Positions 20,058 through 30,397 of a stretch of DNA of 64,000 nt are shown one piece after another. Numbering within the stretch: the stretch's first letter is position 1; every line of letters starts with the position of its first letter. The notes beneath the pieces were generated by a model. The model had not been told where the DNA came from. It saw only the letters and a list, made by a program, of their open reading frames with translations, and made no database searches. Origin of the DNA: Candidatus Omnitrophota bacterium (lineage in GTDB: Bacteria > Omnitrophota > Omnitrophia > Omnitrophales > Aquincolibacteriaceae); assembly GCA_030698625.1 (NCBI GenBank), contig JAUYMS010000048.1:154404-218403 (forward strand), read 5' to 3'. The translations under genes were made by a program, and so were the position numbers.

Positions 20058-22058
20058 ATGGCGCTGTTTCATCTAAAATCCGAGATGACGCCGAAAGGCG
20101 ACCAACCGCAAGCGATCGAGAAGCTGGTCGCCGGTTTAAGGGCTAAAAAAAGGGAACAGGTGCTCGTCGGTGTTACCGGTTCTGGCAAAACCTTTACCAT
20201 GGCCGGCGTGATCGCCCAAGCCGACAGACCCGCCCTGGTCATTTCTCATAACAAGACGCTCGCGGCTCAACTGTACTCCGAACTCAAAGAGTTTTTCCCC
20301 GATAATGCTGTGGAGTACTTCGTCTCCTATTACGATTACTATCAGCCGGAGGCTTACATTGCTCACACGGATACCTATATCGAAAAGGATGCCTCCATCA
20401 ACGATAATCTTGACCGTCTTCGCCTTGCCGCGACCAGTTCTGTGCTGTCTCGCAGGGACTGTATTATTGTTGCCAGCGTTTCATGTATCTACGGCCTGGG
20501 CGCTCCCGAAGACTGGCAGGGGCTGCTCGTGCAAGTGGAGCGCGGCTCGGATTGGGACCGCGACAAATTCCTAGCAGAACTTGTAGGGATCCAATATGAG
20601 AGGGTTGACGCAGAATTGAAGCGGGGGTCTTTTCGCGTTCGCGGTGACCGCGTCGATCTCTATCCTGCGTATGGGGAGAATCCTCATCGATTCGAATTTG
20701 ATGACGACACCATAAAAAAAATTACCGTTCTCGACGCTGTGCATTTCAAACCTTTAAAAGAATTAGAACGGCTGGCGATCTATCCCGCTAAGCACTTCGT
20801 GACAACTTCCGAGCGCTTGCAGGATGCTATGGGGAATATCCGAACCGAGCTTGCCGGCCGCGTTAAGGAACTGATTCGTGACGGCAAGGAACTTGAAGCC
20901 AAACGCCTCGAGTCGAGGACGCGTTATGATTTAGAGATGCTGCGCGAAGTCGGGTATTGCAGCGGCATTGAGAATTACTCGAGACACTTAAGCGGCCGCG
21001 AGGCAGGATCAACTCCGTATTCGCTTTTGGATTATTTTCCCGCCGACTTTCTGACGCTTATCGACGAATCGCATCAGTGCATTCCGCAGATACGCGGCAT
21101 GTATCAGGGTGACCTCTCTCGGAAAAAAGTGCTCGTGGAACACGGCTTCCGTCTTCCCTCAGCTCTGGACAATCGCCCATTGCGTTTTCCGGAATTCGAA
21201 AAGAAGGTAGGCCAAAAAATATATGTCTCCGCAACTCCCGGCCCTTATGAAATGGAGCGTGCGGAGCAAATCGTGGAGCAAATCATCCGTCCGACCGGAC
21301 TCATTGATCCTGAAATTGAAGTGCGCCCATCAGAAGGGCAAATTGACGATCTTATTTCTGAAATCAAGAAGCGGGCAGAGAAGAAGGAGAGAACGCTTAT
21401 TACGACGCTCACTAAAAAGATGGCCGAAGACCTCAGCCGGTATCTGCGCGAGCTCGCGGTAAAGGTAAATTATATTCATTCAGAATTTAATGCTTTTGAG
21501 CGCATGGAAATTTTGCGGGATCTTCGCTTACAGAAGTACGACTGTGTCATTGGCGTGAATCTTTTGCGGGAAGGTCTTGATTTGCCCGAGGTCTCGCTCG
21601 TCATTGTGCTCGATGCCGACAAAGAAGGATTTCTGCGGAACGATGTCTCGTTGATCCAAGTCGCGGGCCGAGCTGCAAGGCATATCAATGGCCGGGTCAT
21701 TATGTACGCCGACCGTGTTACGGGTTCGATGGAACGCGCTGTCAAGGAAACGGGGCGACGCCGCGAAATTCAGGAAGCGTACAATAAGAAGCACAAAATC
21801 CAGCCCGTGAGTATTCGCAAGGAGATTCGTGAGGGGATCGAAAAGTGGAAGAACGCCGAGACCCTAGTTTCGGACGTCATTGGGGAAACAAAAAAGGAGT
21901 ATCAGACCAAAACCTATCTTACCTATCTTAAAAGTAAAATGGAAAGCGCTGCTCGGGCCTTGGAATTTGACAAGGCCGCTCGCTATCGGGATGAGATTCG
22001 GCGGATCGAGTCCAAGGAGGGCCTGGGGGGGAGTGTATTAGCTCCAAAAGCTAAGTAA
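20058..22058 (+). CDS. uvrB: Excinuclease ABC subunit B
   Basis: 666 aa with Walker [11 protein letters not shown], helicase motifs, a beta-hairpin region and a C-terminal UVR domain ([13 protein letters not shown]). Confidence 0.95.
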   Translation: MALFHLKSEMTPKGDQPQAIEKLVAGLRAKKREQVLVGVTGSGKTFTMAGVIAQADRPALVISHNKTLAAQLYSELKEFFPDNAVEYFVSYYDYYQPEAYIAHTDTYIEKDASINDNLDRLRLAATSSVLSRRDCIIVASVSCIYGLGAPEDWQGLLVQVERGSDWDRDKFLAELVGIQYERVDAELKRGSFRVRGDRVDLYPAYGENPHRFEFDDDTIKKITVLDAVHFKPLKELERLAIYPAKHFVTTSERLQDAMGNIRTELAGRVKELIRDGKELEAKRLESRTRYDLEMLREVGYCSGIENYSRHLSGREAGSTPYSLLDYFPADFLTLIDESHQCIPQIRGMYQGDLSRKKVLVEHGFRLPSALDNRPLRFPEFEKKVGQKIYVSATPGPYEMERAEQIVEQIIRPTGLIDPEIEVRPSEGQIDDLISEIKKRAEKKERTLITTLTKKMAEDLSRYLRELAVKVNYIHSEFNAFERMEILRDLRLQKYDCVIGVNLLREGLDLPEVSLVIVLDADKEGFLRNDVSLIQVAGRAARHINGRVIMYADRVTGSMERAVKETGRRREIQEAYNKKHKIQPVSIRKEIREGIEKWKNAETLVSDVIGETKKEYQTKTYLTYLKSKMESAARALEFDKAARYRDEIRRIESKEGLGGSVLAPKAK

Positions 22059-22063
22059 ATTTA

Positions 22064-22093
22064 TTGACAGCACTTCTGTGGCCCGCCTATAAT
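22064..22093 (+). promoter_or_regulatory. Consensus sigma-70 promoter TTGACA-N18-TATAAT ending 7 nt before the eda ATG (predicts a leaderless eda mRNA)
   Basis: Perfect -35 and -10 hexamers read directly. The ATG at 22101 is at about +1, and no Shine-Dalgarno sequence is possible. Confidence 0.6.
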
Positions 22094-22100
22094 TTGAGTT

Positions 22101-22739
22101 ATGGAATCCCCCCTCAAATGGTTTGAAGATCATCGTGTCGTTGCGGTGATTCGTTCCAGTTCTGTCGATAGCGCTGATGCCATGATTCAGGCCGCAATAG
22201 CCGGGGGCGTTCGCATCTTTCAGATCTCCACGCAGACCCCGCAGGCCATTCGTCTTATTGAGACCTATTCCAAGAAGCAGGACATTCTCGTCGGGGCAGG
22301 GTCGGTCAGTGACGGAGAGGCCACGCAACGGGCTATCAATGCTGGGGCCCGGTTCGTCTTAACCCCCTATACAGATCGCGATATCATCAGTGTCGCTAAG
22401 AATAACGACACGTTTGTAATCCAAGGCGCCCTCACGCCGACGGAAGCCGTTGATGCCCATCATCTGGGCGCAGACCTCATTATGATTTACCACGCCGAAA
22501 TGGCAGGCGGCCCCCAATATCTTAAAACCCTCCGAAACTTTGCACCGTTTCTCAAGCTGGCTGCCGCCGGGGGTGTAACCACTGACAATTTTCATGAATA
22601 TCTCAAATACGGCGTTGCGACCTTTATGCGCCGGTCTATTTTTGCTAAGCCATTGGTCAGGTCGAACAACTGGGCCGAGATTACGCAAAACGCCCGAAAA
22701 GTCACTGAAAAGCTCGAATCCCTTAAGGTTTCCCGCTAA
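22101..22739 (+). CDS. eda: KDPG/KHG aldolase (2-dehydro-3-deoxy-phosphogluconate aldolase)
   Basis: 212 aa TIM barrel with the VVAVIR, GVRIFQIS and GAGSV motifs typical of the Eda family. Confidence 0.85.
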   Translation: MESPLKWFEDHRVVAVIRSSSVDSADAMIQAAIAGGVRIFQISTQTPQAIRLIETYSKKQDILVGAGSVSDGEATQRAINAGARFVLTPYTDRDIISVAKNNDTFVIQGALTPTEAVDAHHLGADLIMIYHAEMAGGPQYLKTLRNFAPFLKLAAAGGVTTDNFHEYLKYGVATFMRRSIFAKPLVRSNNWAEITQNARKVTEKLESLKVSR

Positions 22740-22837
22740 GCCAGCAACCTCGCGTTAGACGTTCAAGTTATTTCATAGAAACAACTTACGATTTTAAAAT
22801 CCCCTCGTCGGGGTGTCGATGACGCCCCTGACTTCAA

Positions 22838-22865
22838 TTGACATCTTGGGGTAGATGATTATAAT
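22838..22865 (+). promoter_or_regulatory. Consensus sigma-70 promoter TTGACA-N16-TATAAT
   Basis: Perfect hexamers read directly. It lies about 130 nt upstream of the GTG start of the secreted hydrolase / ilv operon. Confidence 0.6.
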
Positions 22866-22914
22866 AAACCTTGTCTTAGTAGACAGTTACGACAATCGTA
22901 TTGCAGTTTGAAAT

Positions 22915-22962
22915 CACCCCCGCGAGTTGGACATCGGGGGTGTTTGTCACTTTGTGTCTTCA
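22915..22962 (+). terminator. Terminator-like element within the 5' leader: 8-bp GC stem (CACCCCCG / CGGGGGTG, 12-nt loop) followed by a T-rich tract, about 50 nt downstream of the predicted TSS (attenuator or small-RNA terminator candidate)
   Basis: Read from the sequence. The tail is TTTGTCACTTTGTGTCTTC. It sits between a strong promoter and the first gene of a long biosynthetic operon. Confidence 0.45.
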
Positions 22963-22996
22963 CTGGCCATTCCACTTAAGGAGAAAATCACAGACT

Positions 22997-23800
22997 GTGG
23001 GTATTGCTGCACGCAGGAGGAGTGCGTTTGTCCTCTTTTTTGTTTTTTTGACGGTGCCGCATGTGTCGATGGCTGACACCTTTTTTGGTGTCGTGCCGAC
23101 CGGCTTGGTGGAGCTTCAGGATTACAAGTATCCAGTCTACCTCTTCGTGCCGAAGAATTATAAACCCGACCGTGATTACTCGCTTATTATTACAGTACCG
23201 GGTGAAGGGGAGTCTCCGGAAAAGAATATTCAGTTCTGGACGGGTGTTGCAAAGCGAAGATCCATGCTTGTTTTAGCACCTACGAATATATGGCCTGAAG
23301 AGCTGCCGTACACGGTTGATTCTTGGTTGCTTGGTATCAAAAAGGATGTCATGGCCCGGTACCGGATTTCATCCGAAAAGATTTTTTTGATCGGGAAAGA
23401 GGGGGGTTCTCACTATGCCTCCTATTTGGGAACGAAGTATCCTGAGGAGTTTTCGGCCGTAGCGCTGTTGGGTGGTTCATGGAGCGGGAAGTTTCAAAAA
23501 CTTATTCGTCCCGAAAGCAAATCGCGCAAGCAGCGGCCCTTTTTTGTGGCGCTGAAGCCGGACCAGTCGGAGCTCATGGCTGAGACGCAGGAGATAGCAA
23601 AGCAGTTTGAGGATAAGGGATATCCGGTTTATTTGATCAAGCTGGAAGTCGGAGAAGAGTTTGAGAGTGCTGAATTCAAAAAGCGGTTGCTGTCATGGCT
23701 GGAAGAAAACGCCGAGAATTGGCAACGTGTCGTTTCGGAAAACCGGAAGTCTTGGAAAGAAAAAATGGCATTATGGATTAACAACCTATTGCATGTTTAG
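22997..23800 (+). CDS. Secreted alpha/beta-hydrolase (esterase/depolymerase-like); start assigned to GTG 22997 (RBS AAGGAG at 22978) rather than the TTG at 22901
   Basis: From the GTG, the N-terminus GIAARRRSAFVLFFVFLTVPHVSMA is a textbook signal peptide with an AXA cleavage site. GKEGGSHYASYLG is a nucleophile-elbow-like GxSxG motif. The stop is 24 nt before ilvB. Confidence 0.6.
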   Translation: MGIAARRRSAFVLFFVFLTVPHVSMADTFFGVVPTGLVELQDYKYPVYLFVPKNYKPDRDYSLIITVPGEGESPEKNIQFWTGVAKRRSMLVLAPTNIWPEELPYTVDSWLLGIKKDVMARYRISSEKIFLIGKEGGSHYASYLGTKYPEEFSAVALLGGSWSGKFQKLIRPESKSRKQRPFFVALKPDQSELMAETQEIAKQFEDKGYPVYLIKLEVGEEFESAEFKKRLLSWLEENAENWQRVVSENRKSWKEKMALWINNLLHV

Positions 23801-23824
23801 CGTAAAGGTAAAGGTGGCGTTGAG

Positions 23825-25507
23825 ATGAAATTGACCGGTGCACAGATTATGATCAAATCTCTGGAAGCAGAAGGTGTGGACTATGTGTTCGGTCTCCCCG
23901 GAGGCGCGATCCTCCCGACTTTTGATGCCTTATACGATTCCAAAAAGCTCAAGTTTATCTTGGTGCGCCACGAACAAGGCGCCTCTCACATGGCCGATGG
24001 GTATGGGCGCGCTACGGGGCGCCCCGGTGTTTGCCTGGTGACCTCAGGACCGGCAGCAACGAATACCGTGACAGGGCTTGCGACGGCCTATATGGATTCA
24101 GCGCCTATGGTTTGCATTACAGGCCAGGTAGCGACGGGTGTGATCGGCAGTGATGCATTTCAGGAAGCAGATGTCTGCGGCATTACGCGACCGGTCACAA
24201 AACACAATTATTTAATTAAGGACGTCCGCGACGTCGCGCGTACGGTTAAAGAGGCATTTTATATCGCGAAGACGGGTCGTCCGGGACCTGTTCTGATTGA
24301 TTTTCCGGTGGATGTCTCTCGCGCTACGACAGAGTTTGACTATCCGGATTCGGTGGACATTCGCGGCTACGAAGTTCCCTCAAAAGGGAATCCTGTCAAT
24401 ATTCAGCGAGCCGCTGATCTAATCAATAAAAGCAAAAGGCCCTGCCTCTACGTCGGCGGCGGTGCAGTCGTTTCCGGTGCGCAAAAGGAAGTCGTCGAAT
24501 TGGTCGAGAAGACCGGAATTCCGATTACGACGACAGTCCTAGGTTTGGGAATATTCCCCGAGAATCATCCCTCGTCGCTGCGCATGCTGGGAATGCACGG
24601 CACAGTGTATGCGAACTATACTGTGCAGCGCTCGGACCTACTTATCGCAATCGGCGCGCGGTTTGACGACCGTGTTACGGGTAATATTCAAAAGTTCTGC
24701 CCGCAGGCCAAGATTATTCATGTGGATATTGATCCCGCATCGATTTCTAAGACCGTTCACGTTGACGTTGACATTGTCGGCGACGTTAAACCCGTGTTGA
24801 AGCAACTCAATAAGTTGGTGACAAACCGGCGCGGCAAGATTCGAGACTGGTTGAAGCAAGTGCAGGAGTGGAAGGACAAGCATCCGCTTAAATATCGCAA
24901 AGAGACTCAGGAACTCCAACAAGAACACATTATTCGGAAAATAGGTGAGATTACGAAACACAACGCGGTTGTCGCGACGGGAGTGGGTCAACATCAGATG
25001 TGGACAGCCCAATGGTATCAATTTGCCGCGCCGCGGAGCATGATTACCTCAGGAGGTCTTGGCACCATGGGTTACGGTTTTCCTGCTGCGATCGGAGCGC
25101 AACTCGGTCGGCCGGGTGAGACGGTTGTTTGTATTGACGGCGACGGGTCTACGCAAATGACCATGTGTGAACTTGCGACTGCCGCCTATTACAAAATTCC
25201 GGTCAAGCTGTTTATCATGGATAACGAGCATCATGGCATGGTGCGCCAATGGCAGGAACTCTTCTATCGTGAACGTTATTCGGGATCACAGACCGGGCCA
25301 TCGAACCCCAACTTTATTAAGCTTGCTGATGGGTATGGCGTGCAGGCGTTCAGTATGACCCAAAAGGAAGACGTGGAAAAGGTTATCAAACAAGCGCTGG
25401 CTCATAAGGGACCGGTGCTCGTGCATTGCCGCGTGGAAAAAAAGGGTAACGTGTATCCTATGGTTCCCGCAGGTCACGCGCTCGATCAAGTTATGGATAT
25501 GGCGTAA
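23825..25507 (+). CDS. ilvB: Acetolactate synthase large subunit (biosynthetic, ThDP-dependent)
   Basis: 560 aa with the ThDP-binding GDG...N motif (IDGDGS...MDNEHHGMV) and an FAD-binding region. Confidence 0.93.
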   Translation: MKLTGAQIMIKSLEAEGVDYVFGLPGGAILPTFDALYDSKKLKFILVRHEQGASHMADGYGRATGRPGVCLVTSGPAATNTVTGLATAYMDSAPMVCITGQVATGVIGSDAFQEADVCGITRPVTKHNYLIKDVRDVARTVKEAFYIAKTGRPGPVLIDFPVDVSRATTEFDYPDSVDIRGYEVPSKGNPVNIQRAADLINKSKRPCLYVGGGAVVSGAQKEVVELVEKTGIPITTTVLGLGIFPENHPSSLRMLGMHGTVYANYTVQRSDLLIAIGARFDDRVTGNIQKFCPQAKIIHVDIDPASISKTVHVDVDIVGDVKPVLKQLNKLVTNRRGKIRDWLKQVQEWKDKHPLKYRKETQELQQEHIIRKIGEITKHNAVVATGVGQHQMWTAQWYQFAAPRSMITSGGLGTMGYGFPAAIGAQLGRPGETVVCIDGDGSTQMTMCELATAAYYKIPVKLFIMDNEHHGMVRQWQELFYRERYSGSQTGPSNPNFIKLADGYGVQAFSMTQKEDVEKVIKQALAHKGPVLVHCRVEKKGNVYPMVPAGHALDQVMDMA

Positions 25508-25536
25508 TTCTCGAAGGATAAAATAAAGGAGCGGCT

Positions 25537-26085
25537 ATGAGACATACAATTTCGGTTCTGGTTGAAAACCACTTCGGGGTGTTGGCCCGAGTGGCGGGTC
25601 TATTTTCGGCGCGAGGTTTCAATATCGACAGTTTGGCTGTCGGGGAGACTCAAGATCCCAGTGTTTCGCGTATGACAATCGTTGCGCGAGGAGATGATCG
25701 GATCCTGGATCAGATCACCAAACAACTCAACAAGCTTGTGGATGTGATTAAAGTTCAAAATCTGTCCGAAACGGACATGATCGATCGCGAACTCGTGTTG
25801 GTGAAAACCGACGCGAGTGCGGACAAGCGCGGCAACATCATGCAGATCGTAAATACGTTTCGCGCCAAGATCGTTGATGTGAGTCAGAGTTGCATGACCA
25901 TTGAGGTTACTGGCGGGGAAAGCAAGGTGGAAGCGATGCTGACACTATTGAGCCCCTTTGGCGTACGTGAAGTTGTTCGCACCGGTGTTATTGCGATGGC
26001 GAGAGCCAGTGAGCTCACGCCGCCAGCGCGCAGCAAAGCAAAGAAATCTGTTAAAAAGAAGGCCAAGTCGAAGGCCACAGTTTAA
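25537..26085 (+). CDS. ilvN: Acetolactate synthase small (regulatory) subunit
   Basis: The ACT domain [30 protein letters not shown] is highly typical. Confidence 0.92.
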   Translation: MRHTISVLVENHFGVLARVAGLFSARGFNIDSLAVGETQDPSVSRMTIVARGDDRILDQITKQLNKLVDVIKVQNLSETDMIDRELVLVKTDASADKRGNIMQIVNTFRAKIVDVSQSCMTIEVTGGESKVEAMLTLLSPFGVREVVRTGVIAMARASELTPPARSKAKKSVKKKAKSKATV

Positions 26086-26102
26086 AGGAGGAAGGATCAT
26101 AT

Positions 26103-27137
26103 ATGGCAAAGATTTATTATGACGAAGATGCAGACATTGGCCTTTTAAAGGGCAAGAAAATTGCGATTATCGGATATGGCATTCAGGGCCGCGGTCAGGG
26201 CCTCAATCTGCGTGACTCAGGTTTGGAAGTTATTGTCGGTCAGCGGAAGGGTTCGAAAAACTATGATCAAGCCGTGACTGACGGGTTTAAGCCTGTGACC
26301 GCCGACGAGGCGGCTGCGAGCGCAGATATTATCCAGATTCTCACGCAGGATCATTTGCAAGGCGAGATCTACGACAAAAATATTGCGCCGCATCTTAAAG
26401 CCGGTAAGGCGATGTTGTTCTCTCACGGATTTAATATTCATTTTGGGTACATCAAACCGCCGAAAGAGATTGATGTGTATATGATTGCACCCAAAGGTCC
26501 CGGCGCGCTGGTGCGCTCACAGTTTGAAGAAGGGGGCGGTGTGCCCTGTTTGGTTGCGATTTACCAGGATGCAACGGGTAATGCATTGAAATATGCTTTG
26601 GCTTACGCTAAGGCCATCGGGGGTACGCGTGCAGGAGTTATTGAAACCTCATTCCGGGAAGAGACGGAAACGGACCTCTTCGGGGAACAGGCTGTTTTGT
26701 GCGGCGGGCTCAGTGAATTGATCCGTGCCGGTTACGAAACCCTGGTCGAGGCTGGGTATCAACCTGAAATGGCGTACTTTGAGTGTTTGCACGAAGTAAA
26801 GCTCATCGTCGATGCCATCTTTGCCGAAGGCCTCAGCGGTATGCATCGGCGTGTGTCCGACACGGCTGAATACGGGGATTATACGCGCGGTAAGCGTGTT
26901 ATCGGTAATCAGGCGCGCTTGGAAATGAAGAAAATCCTTGAAGAGATCAAGTCTCGAGAATTTGCCAAAGAATGGATCGAAGAAAATAAAAAGGGCAGGC
27001 CGAATTTTAACAAGCTACGTGAAGCTTGTGATCACCACCCCGTCGAAAAAGTAGGCGCAGAATTGCGGTCTATGATGCATTGGATTAAGAACCCGAGCGG
27101 CCCCAAGCCTGCTCAGGAAGTTAAATCCGCGAAATGA
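26103..27137 (+). CDS. ilvC: Ketol-acid reductoisomerase
   Basis: 344 aa with [21 protein letters not shown] Rossmann and KARI blocks. Confidence 0.95.
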   Translation: MAKIYYDEDADIGLLKGKKIAIIGYGIQGRGQGLNLRDSGLEVIVGQRKGSKNYDQAVTDGFKPVTADEAAASADIIQILTQDHLQGEIYDKNIAPHLKAGKAMLFSHGFNIHFGYIKPPKEIDVYMIAPKGPGALVRSQFEEGGGVPCLVAIYQDATGNALKYALAYAKAIGGTRAGVIETSFREETETDLFGEQAVLCGGLSELIRAGYETLVEAGYQPEMAYFECLHEVKLIVDAIFAEGLSGMHRRVSDTAEYGDYTRGKRVIGNQARLEMKKILEEIKSREFAKEWIEENKKGRPNFNKLREACDHHPVEKVGAELRSMMHWIKNPSGPKPAQEVKSAK

Positions 27138-28687
27138 AAAAGAAGGGGCGAAAGATCTATATCTTTGATACTACGCTCCGAGATGGCGAGCAGTCCCCCG
27201 GCGCATCGCTTACGCCGGAGGAAAAGCTTAAGATCGCAAAGCAACTCGAACGTTTGAACGTTGACGTGATCGAAGCGGGATTTCCCGCCTCATCTCCCGG
27301 CGAGTTGCATGCCGTGCAACTCATTGCCGAGACTCTCCTCAAGCCTGTTATATGCGCACTTTCACGCATGCTGCCCCAAGACATCGATGCCTGTCGCAGA
27401 GCCTTAGAGAAGGCGAGGCGCAAAAGACTGCATGTCTTTCTGGCAACATCGCAGATTCACCGCCAGTACAAATTGCGGAAGGGCAAAAAGGAAATCTTGA
27501 AGATGGCTGTTGAGTGTATCCGTGCGGCGAGGAAAGACTTCGACGAGCTCGAGTTTTCACCGGAGGATGCTTCGAGGACGGAACCGAAATTTTTGCAGGA
27601 TGTGGTTCGTGCGGCGATCGATGCGGGAGCTACTTCGGTCAATATTCCGGATACGGTTGGGTACACGGTGCCCGCGGAATTCGGTGATCTCATTGCGACC
27701 CTTGTGCGAAAGAATCCGGAGCTCGGAAAAAAAGTAGTACTTTCCGTTCATTGTCATAATGATTTGGGACTTGCGACCGCCAATTCTCTGGCGGCTGTGT
27801 TGGCGGGAGCCAATCAGGTAGAATGTACCATTAACGGTATCGGAGAACGCGCCGGAAATGCCTCGCTCGAGGAAATCGTTATGGCGATTGAGATACGCAA
27901 GGATTTTACCAATTGCTACACAGATATCAAGACTCGCGAGATCTCAAAATCATCCCGATTGGTTTCACATTTGACGGGCATGGTGGTGCAGCCTAACAAG
28001 GCGATTGTCGGGCGAAATGCTTTTTGGCATGAATCCGGCATTCATCAGGACGGCGTTCTCAAGAAGCGCCAGACGTATGAGATTATCGATCCTAAGAAGA
28101 TCGGGTTGGCGGGCAATCACCTGATGCTGGGAAAACTCTCAGGGCGTCACGCTTTTCACGAGAGGGTGAAGAAGCTCGGCTTTCGGCTGAATGATGCGGA
28201 GCTTACCGCGGCATTCCGGGCCTTCAAGCAGCTTGCGGATAAGAAGAAATATGTTTTTGATGAGGATATCGAGGCGATCGTCGAGGACCTTATCGTCAAT
28301 ATCCCCGAAACGTGGAAGCTTGATTACCTGAGGGTCGTTACTGAGAGCGGTTGTCCTCCCCAAGCCGAAGTGAAGTTACAGTATAAGGACAGGGTGCAGT
28401 CTTCGCAGTCTGCCGGCGATGGTCCTGTCGATGCCTGTTACCGTGCTATTGAAATGATAGCAAAGTCCGGGGCAAGCCTTGCGCATTACGGACTCCAATC
28501 TGTCACGAGCGGTAAAGATGCTCAAGGTGAGGTCGTCGTTAAGCTTCAGGTTCCGGGTAGGGAAGTGACGGGGCGGGGAACAAGCACGGATATTATTGAG
28601 GCTAGTGTTAAAGCCTATCTGTTTGCTTTGAATAAGCTTTCGGCCGAGCCTTTTAGTCGAGGGACTTCAGAGCCGTCTCCGGTCTAA
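27134..28687 (+). CDS. leuA: 2-isopropylmalate synthase
   Basis: 517 aa. Has [14 protein letters not shown], the [17 protein letters not shown] motif and a C-terminal LeuA regulatory domain. Confidence 0.92.
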   Translation: MKKKGRKIYIFDTTLRDGEQSPGASLTPEEKLKIAKQLERLNVDVIEAGFPASSPGELHAVQLIAETLLKPVICALSRMLPQDIDACRRALEKARRKRLHVFLATSQIHRQYKLRKGKKEILKMAVECIRAARKDFDELEFSPEDASRTEPKFLQDVVRAAIDAGATSVNIPDTVGYTVPAEFGDLIATLVRKNPELGKKVVLSVHCHNDLGLATANSLAAVLAGANQVECTINGIGERAGNASLEEIVMAIEIRKDFTNCYTDIKTREISKSSRLVSHLTGMVVQPNKAIVGRNAFWHESGIHQDGVLKKRQTYEIIDPKKIGLAGNHLMLGKLSGRHAFHERVKKLGFRLNDAELTAAFRAFKQLADKKKYVFDEDIEAIVEDLIVNIPETWKLDYLRVVTESGCPPQAEVKLQYKDRVQSSQSAGDGPVDACYRAIEMIAKSGASLAHYGLQSVTSGKDAQGEVVVKLQVPGREVTGRGTSTDIIEASVKAYLFALNKLSAEPFSRGTSEPSPV

Positions 28688-29592
28688 TGATGTCTCCTCA
28701 GGGAGAGTTCCAACTCTATGGAATTTTCGGGCATCCGCTCGAGCATACCCTTTCGCCTGCCATGCAGGAAGCGGCCATGGCAGGACTAGGCATCAAGGCG
28801 TTCTATCTCATTTTTGATTTGGACGGGGCGAACTTCAGACGCGCTATGCAATCCGTCGAGAAGTCAGGGTTGCGGGGTTTTAACGTCACGGTGCCGTACA
28901 AGGTGGATGTCATGCGGTACGTCGATGAGATTACCCGGGAAGCGCGCGCCGTCGGCGCGGTCAATACTGTTTATCGCCGCGGCGGCAAATGGCATGGCGC
29001 TAACACTGACGTTGAAGGATTTATGACCGCACTTCGCCGGGAGGCTAAATTCAATCCTCGCGGAAAAAAAGTCCTTGTGTTGGGAGCTGGTGGCGCGGCG
29101 CGCGCGGTGCTTTACGGCCTTGCTACGAATGGGGCATCCGAGATAACATTGCTGAATCGCACGCTGCGGCGTGGGGTTGATTGCGTGGGCCGTTTGAAAT
29201 CACATTTTCCGACAACACGCTATCGGGTGGGCCGTCTCGAGCGCCGTCGCTTGGCTGAGGAACTGTCAGATGTTGCGCTTGTTGTTAATGCAACATCTTT
29301 GGGGTTAAAACCTCGAGATCGTGCCTTGATTACTGAATCGCTCATTCCTCGCGCAACTCGAACGAAACGGATGACATTCTGCGATCTGATTTATTCTCCA
29401 CTTGAGACTCCTTTTCTAAAGGCTGCGAAGCGGCGGGGGCACCGTACATTGAACGGCGTCGGAATGTTGGCTTATCAAGGTGCTCGGGCATTGCAGTACT
29501 GGACGGGCCGCCGTCCACCGGTCGAGCTTATGCGCAGAACTGTGGCTGCCCGAGTTGAAAGCTTGTCCAAAGATATTCGGGGAAAAGTGTGA
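28687..29592 (+). CDS. aroE: Shikimate dehydrogenase
   Basis: Has the NVTVPYK and NTDVEGF motifs and the GAGGAARAV Rossmann fold. Confidence 0.9.
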   Translation: MMSPQGEFQLYGIFGHPLEHTLSPAMQEAAMAGLGIKAFYLIFDLDGANFRRAMQSVEKSGLRGFNVTVPYKVDVMRYVDEITREARAVGAVNTVYRRGGKWHGANTDVEGFMTALRREAKFNPRGKKVLVLGAGGAARAVLYGLATNGASEITLLNRTLRRGVDCVGRLKSHFPTTRYRVGRLERRRLAEELSDVALVVNATSLGLKPRDRALITESLIPRATRTKRMTFCDLIYSPLETPFLKAAKRRGHRTLNGVGMLAYQGARALQYWTGRRPPVELMRRTVAARVESLSKDIRGKV

Positions 29593-30365
29593 TCGGATTT
29601 TTGCTTTTTAGTTGGGGCGCTATATTTGGAAGCTTTCTCAATGTGTGTATCCATCGGCTTCCGCGCGATCAGTCTATCGTGACTCCTCGTTCGCATTGCC
29701 CGAAATGTAAGACGCCGATCCAGTGGTACGATAATGTTCCCATCATAAGTTATCTTGTTCTTCGTGGGAAGTGTCGCGAGTGTCACGCCCCGATTTCATG
29801 GCGCTATGTTGTGACTGAAATTTTATCGGGCTGCGTCTGGTTGTTTTTGTGGCTGCATTTTGATTTTTCGGGTTGGTTCATCGCGGGCGTTACCCTGTTT
29901 TCAATTCTTTTGGCGTTATCGATCATTGATTTCGAGACCGGATACCTCCCCGACGTGCTCACATTTCCGGGAATGGGACTGGGTTTGATTTTGAGTGCTG
30001 CTTATCCGGCACTTCAAGGCCGCGAAGGCTGGTTTGACGGACTAATCAGCTCCGGCATTGGTCTTGTCGCAGGAGGGGCCATCTTGCTTGTAACGGGTGT
30101 TATCGGCAATCTTATTTTCAAGAAGGAAAGCATGGGTGGCGGAGACATCAAACTTCTGGCTATGATCGGGGCATTTTTGGGTTGGCAAGGTGCGCTGCTC
30201 GTCTTTTTTCTTTCGCCGATCGCGGCGTTGCCCCTAGCGCTCTATGAGCGGTATGTTCGCAAAGAGGAAACGATTCCCTTCGGGCCGTTTCTTGCGCTGG
30301 CCGGGGCAGGTATGTACTTGTTCGGTGATACGGTAGTGAATTTTTTGTTTCCCACTATTACCTAA
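29589..30365 (+). CDS. pilD: Type IV prepilin leader peptidase (A24 family)
   Basis: The N-terminal Cys box CPKCKTPIQW...CRECHAPIS is present. Both catalytic Asp regions are present (IDFETGYLPD, GGGDIKLLAMIG), along with multiple TM helices. Confidence 0.9.
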   Translation: MIGFLLFSWGAIFGSFLNVCIHRLPRDQSIVTPRSHCPKCKTPIQWYDNVPIISYLVLRGKCRECHAPISWRYVVTEILSGCVWLFLWLHFDFSGWFIAGVTLFSILLALSIIDFETGYLPDVLTFPGMGLGLILSAAYPALQGREGWFDGLISSGIGLVAGGAILLVTGVIGNLIFKKESMGGGDIKLLAMIGAFLGWQGALLVFFLSPIAALPLALYERYVRKEETIPFGPFLALAGAGMYLFGDTVVNFLFPTIT

Positions 30366-30397
30366 AAGATCGCAGTCGGTAAGAAACGGAGTCAATT

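Noticed and set aside
22901-22996. TTG-initiated N-terminal extension of the hydrolase ORF as given in the ORF track
   Set aside because: The extension reads through the terminator-like hairpin and gives a non-signal-like N-terminus. The GTG at 22997 with an AAGGAG RBS yields a canonical signal peptide.
22866-22996. Looked for a T-box or an Ile/Val/Leu leader peptide ahead of the ilv operon
   Set aside because: No T-box conserved sequence (AATTAGGGTGG...ACCGCG-like) was found, and no start-codon-initiated branched-chain-rich mini-ORF. The element is therefore reported as an unclassified leader.
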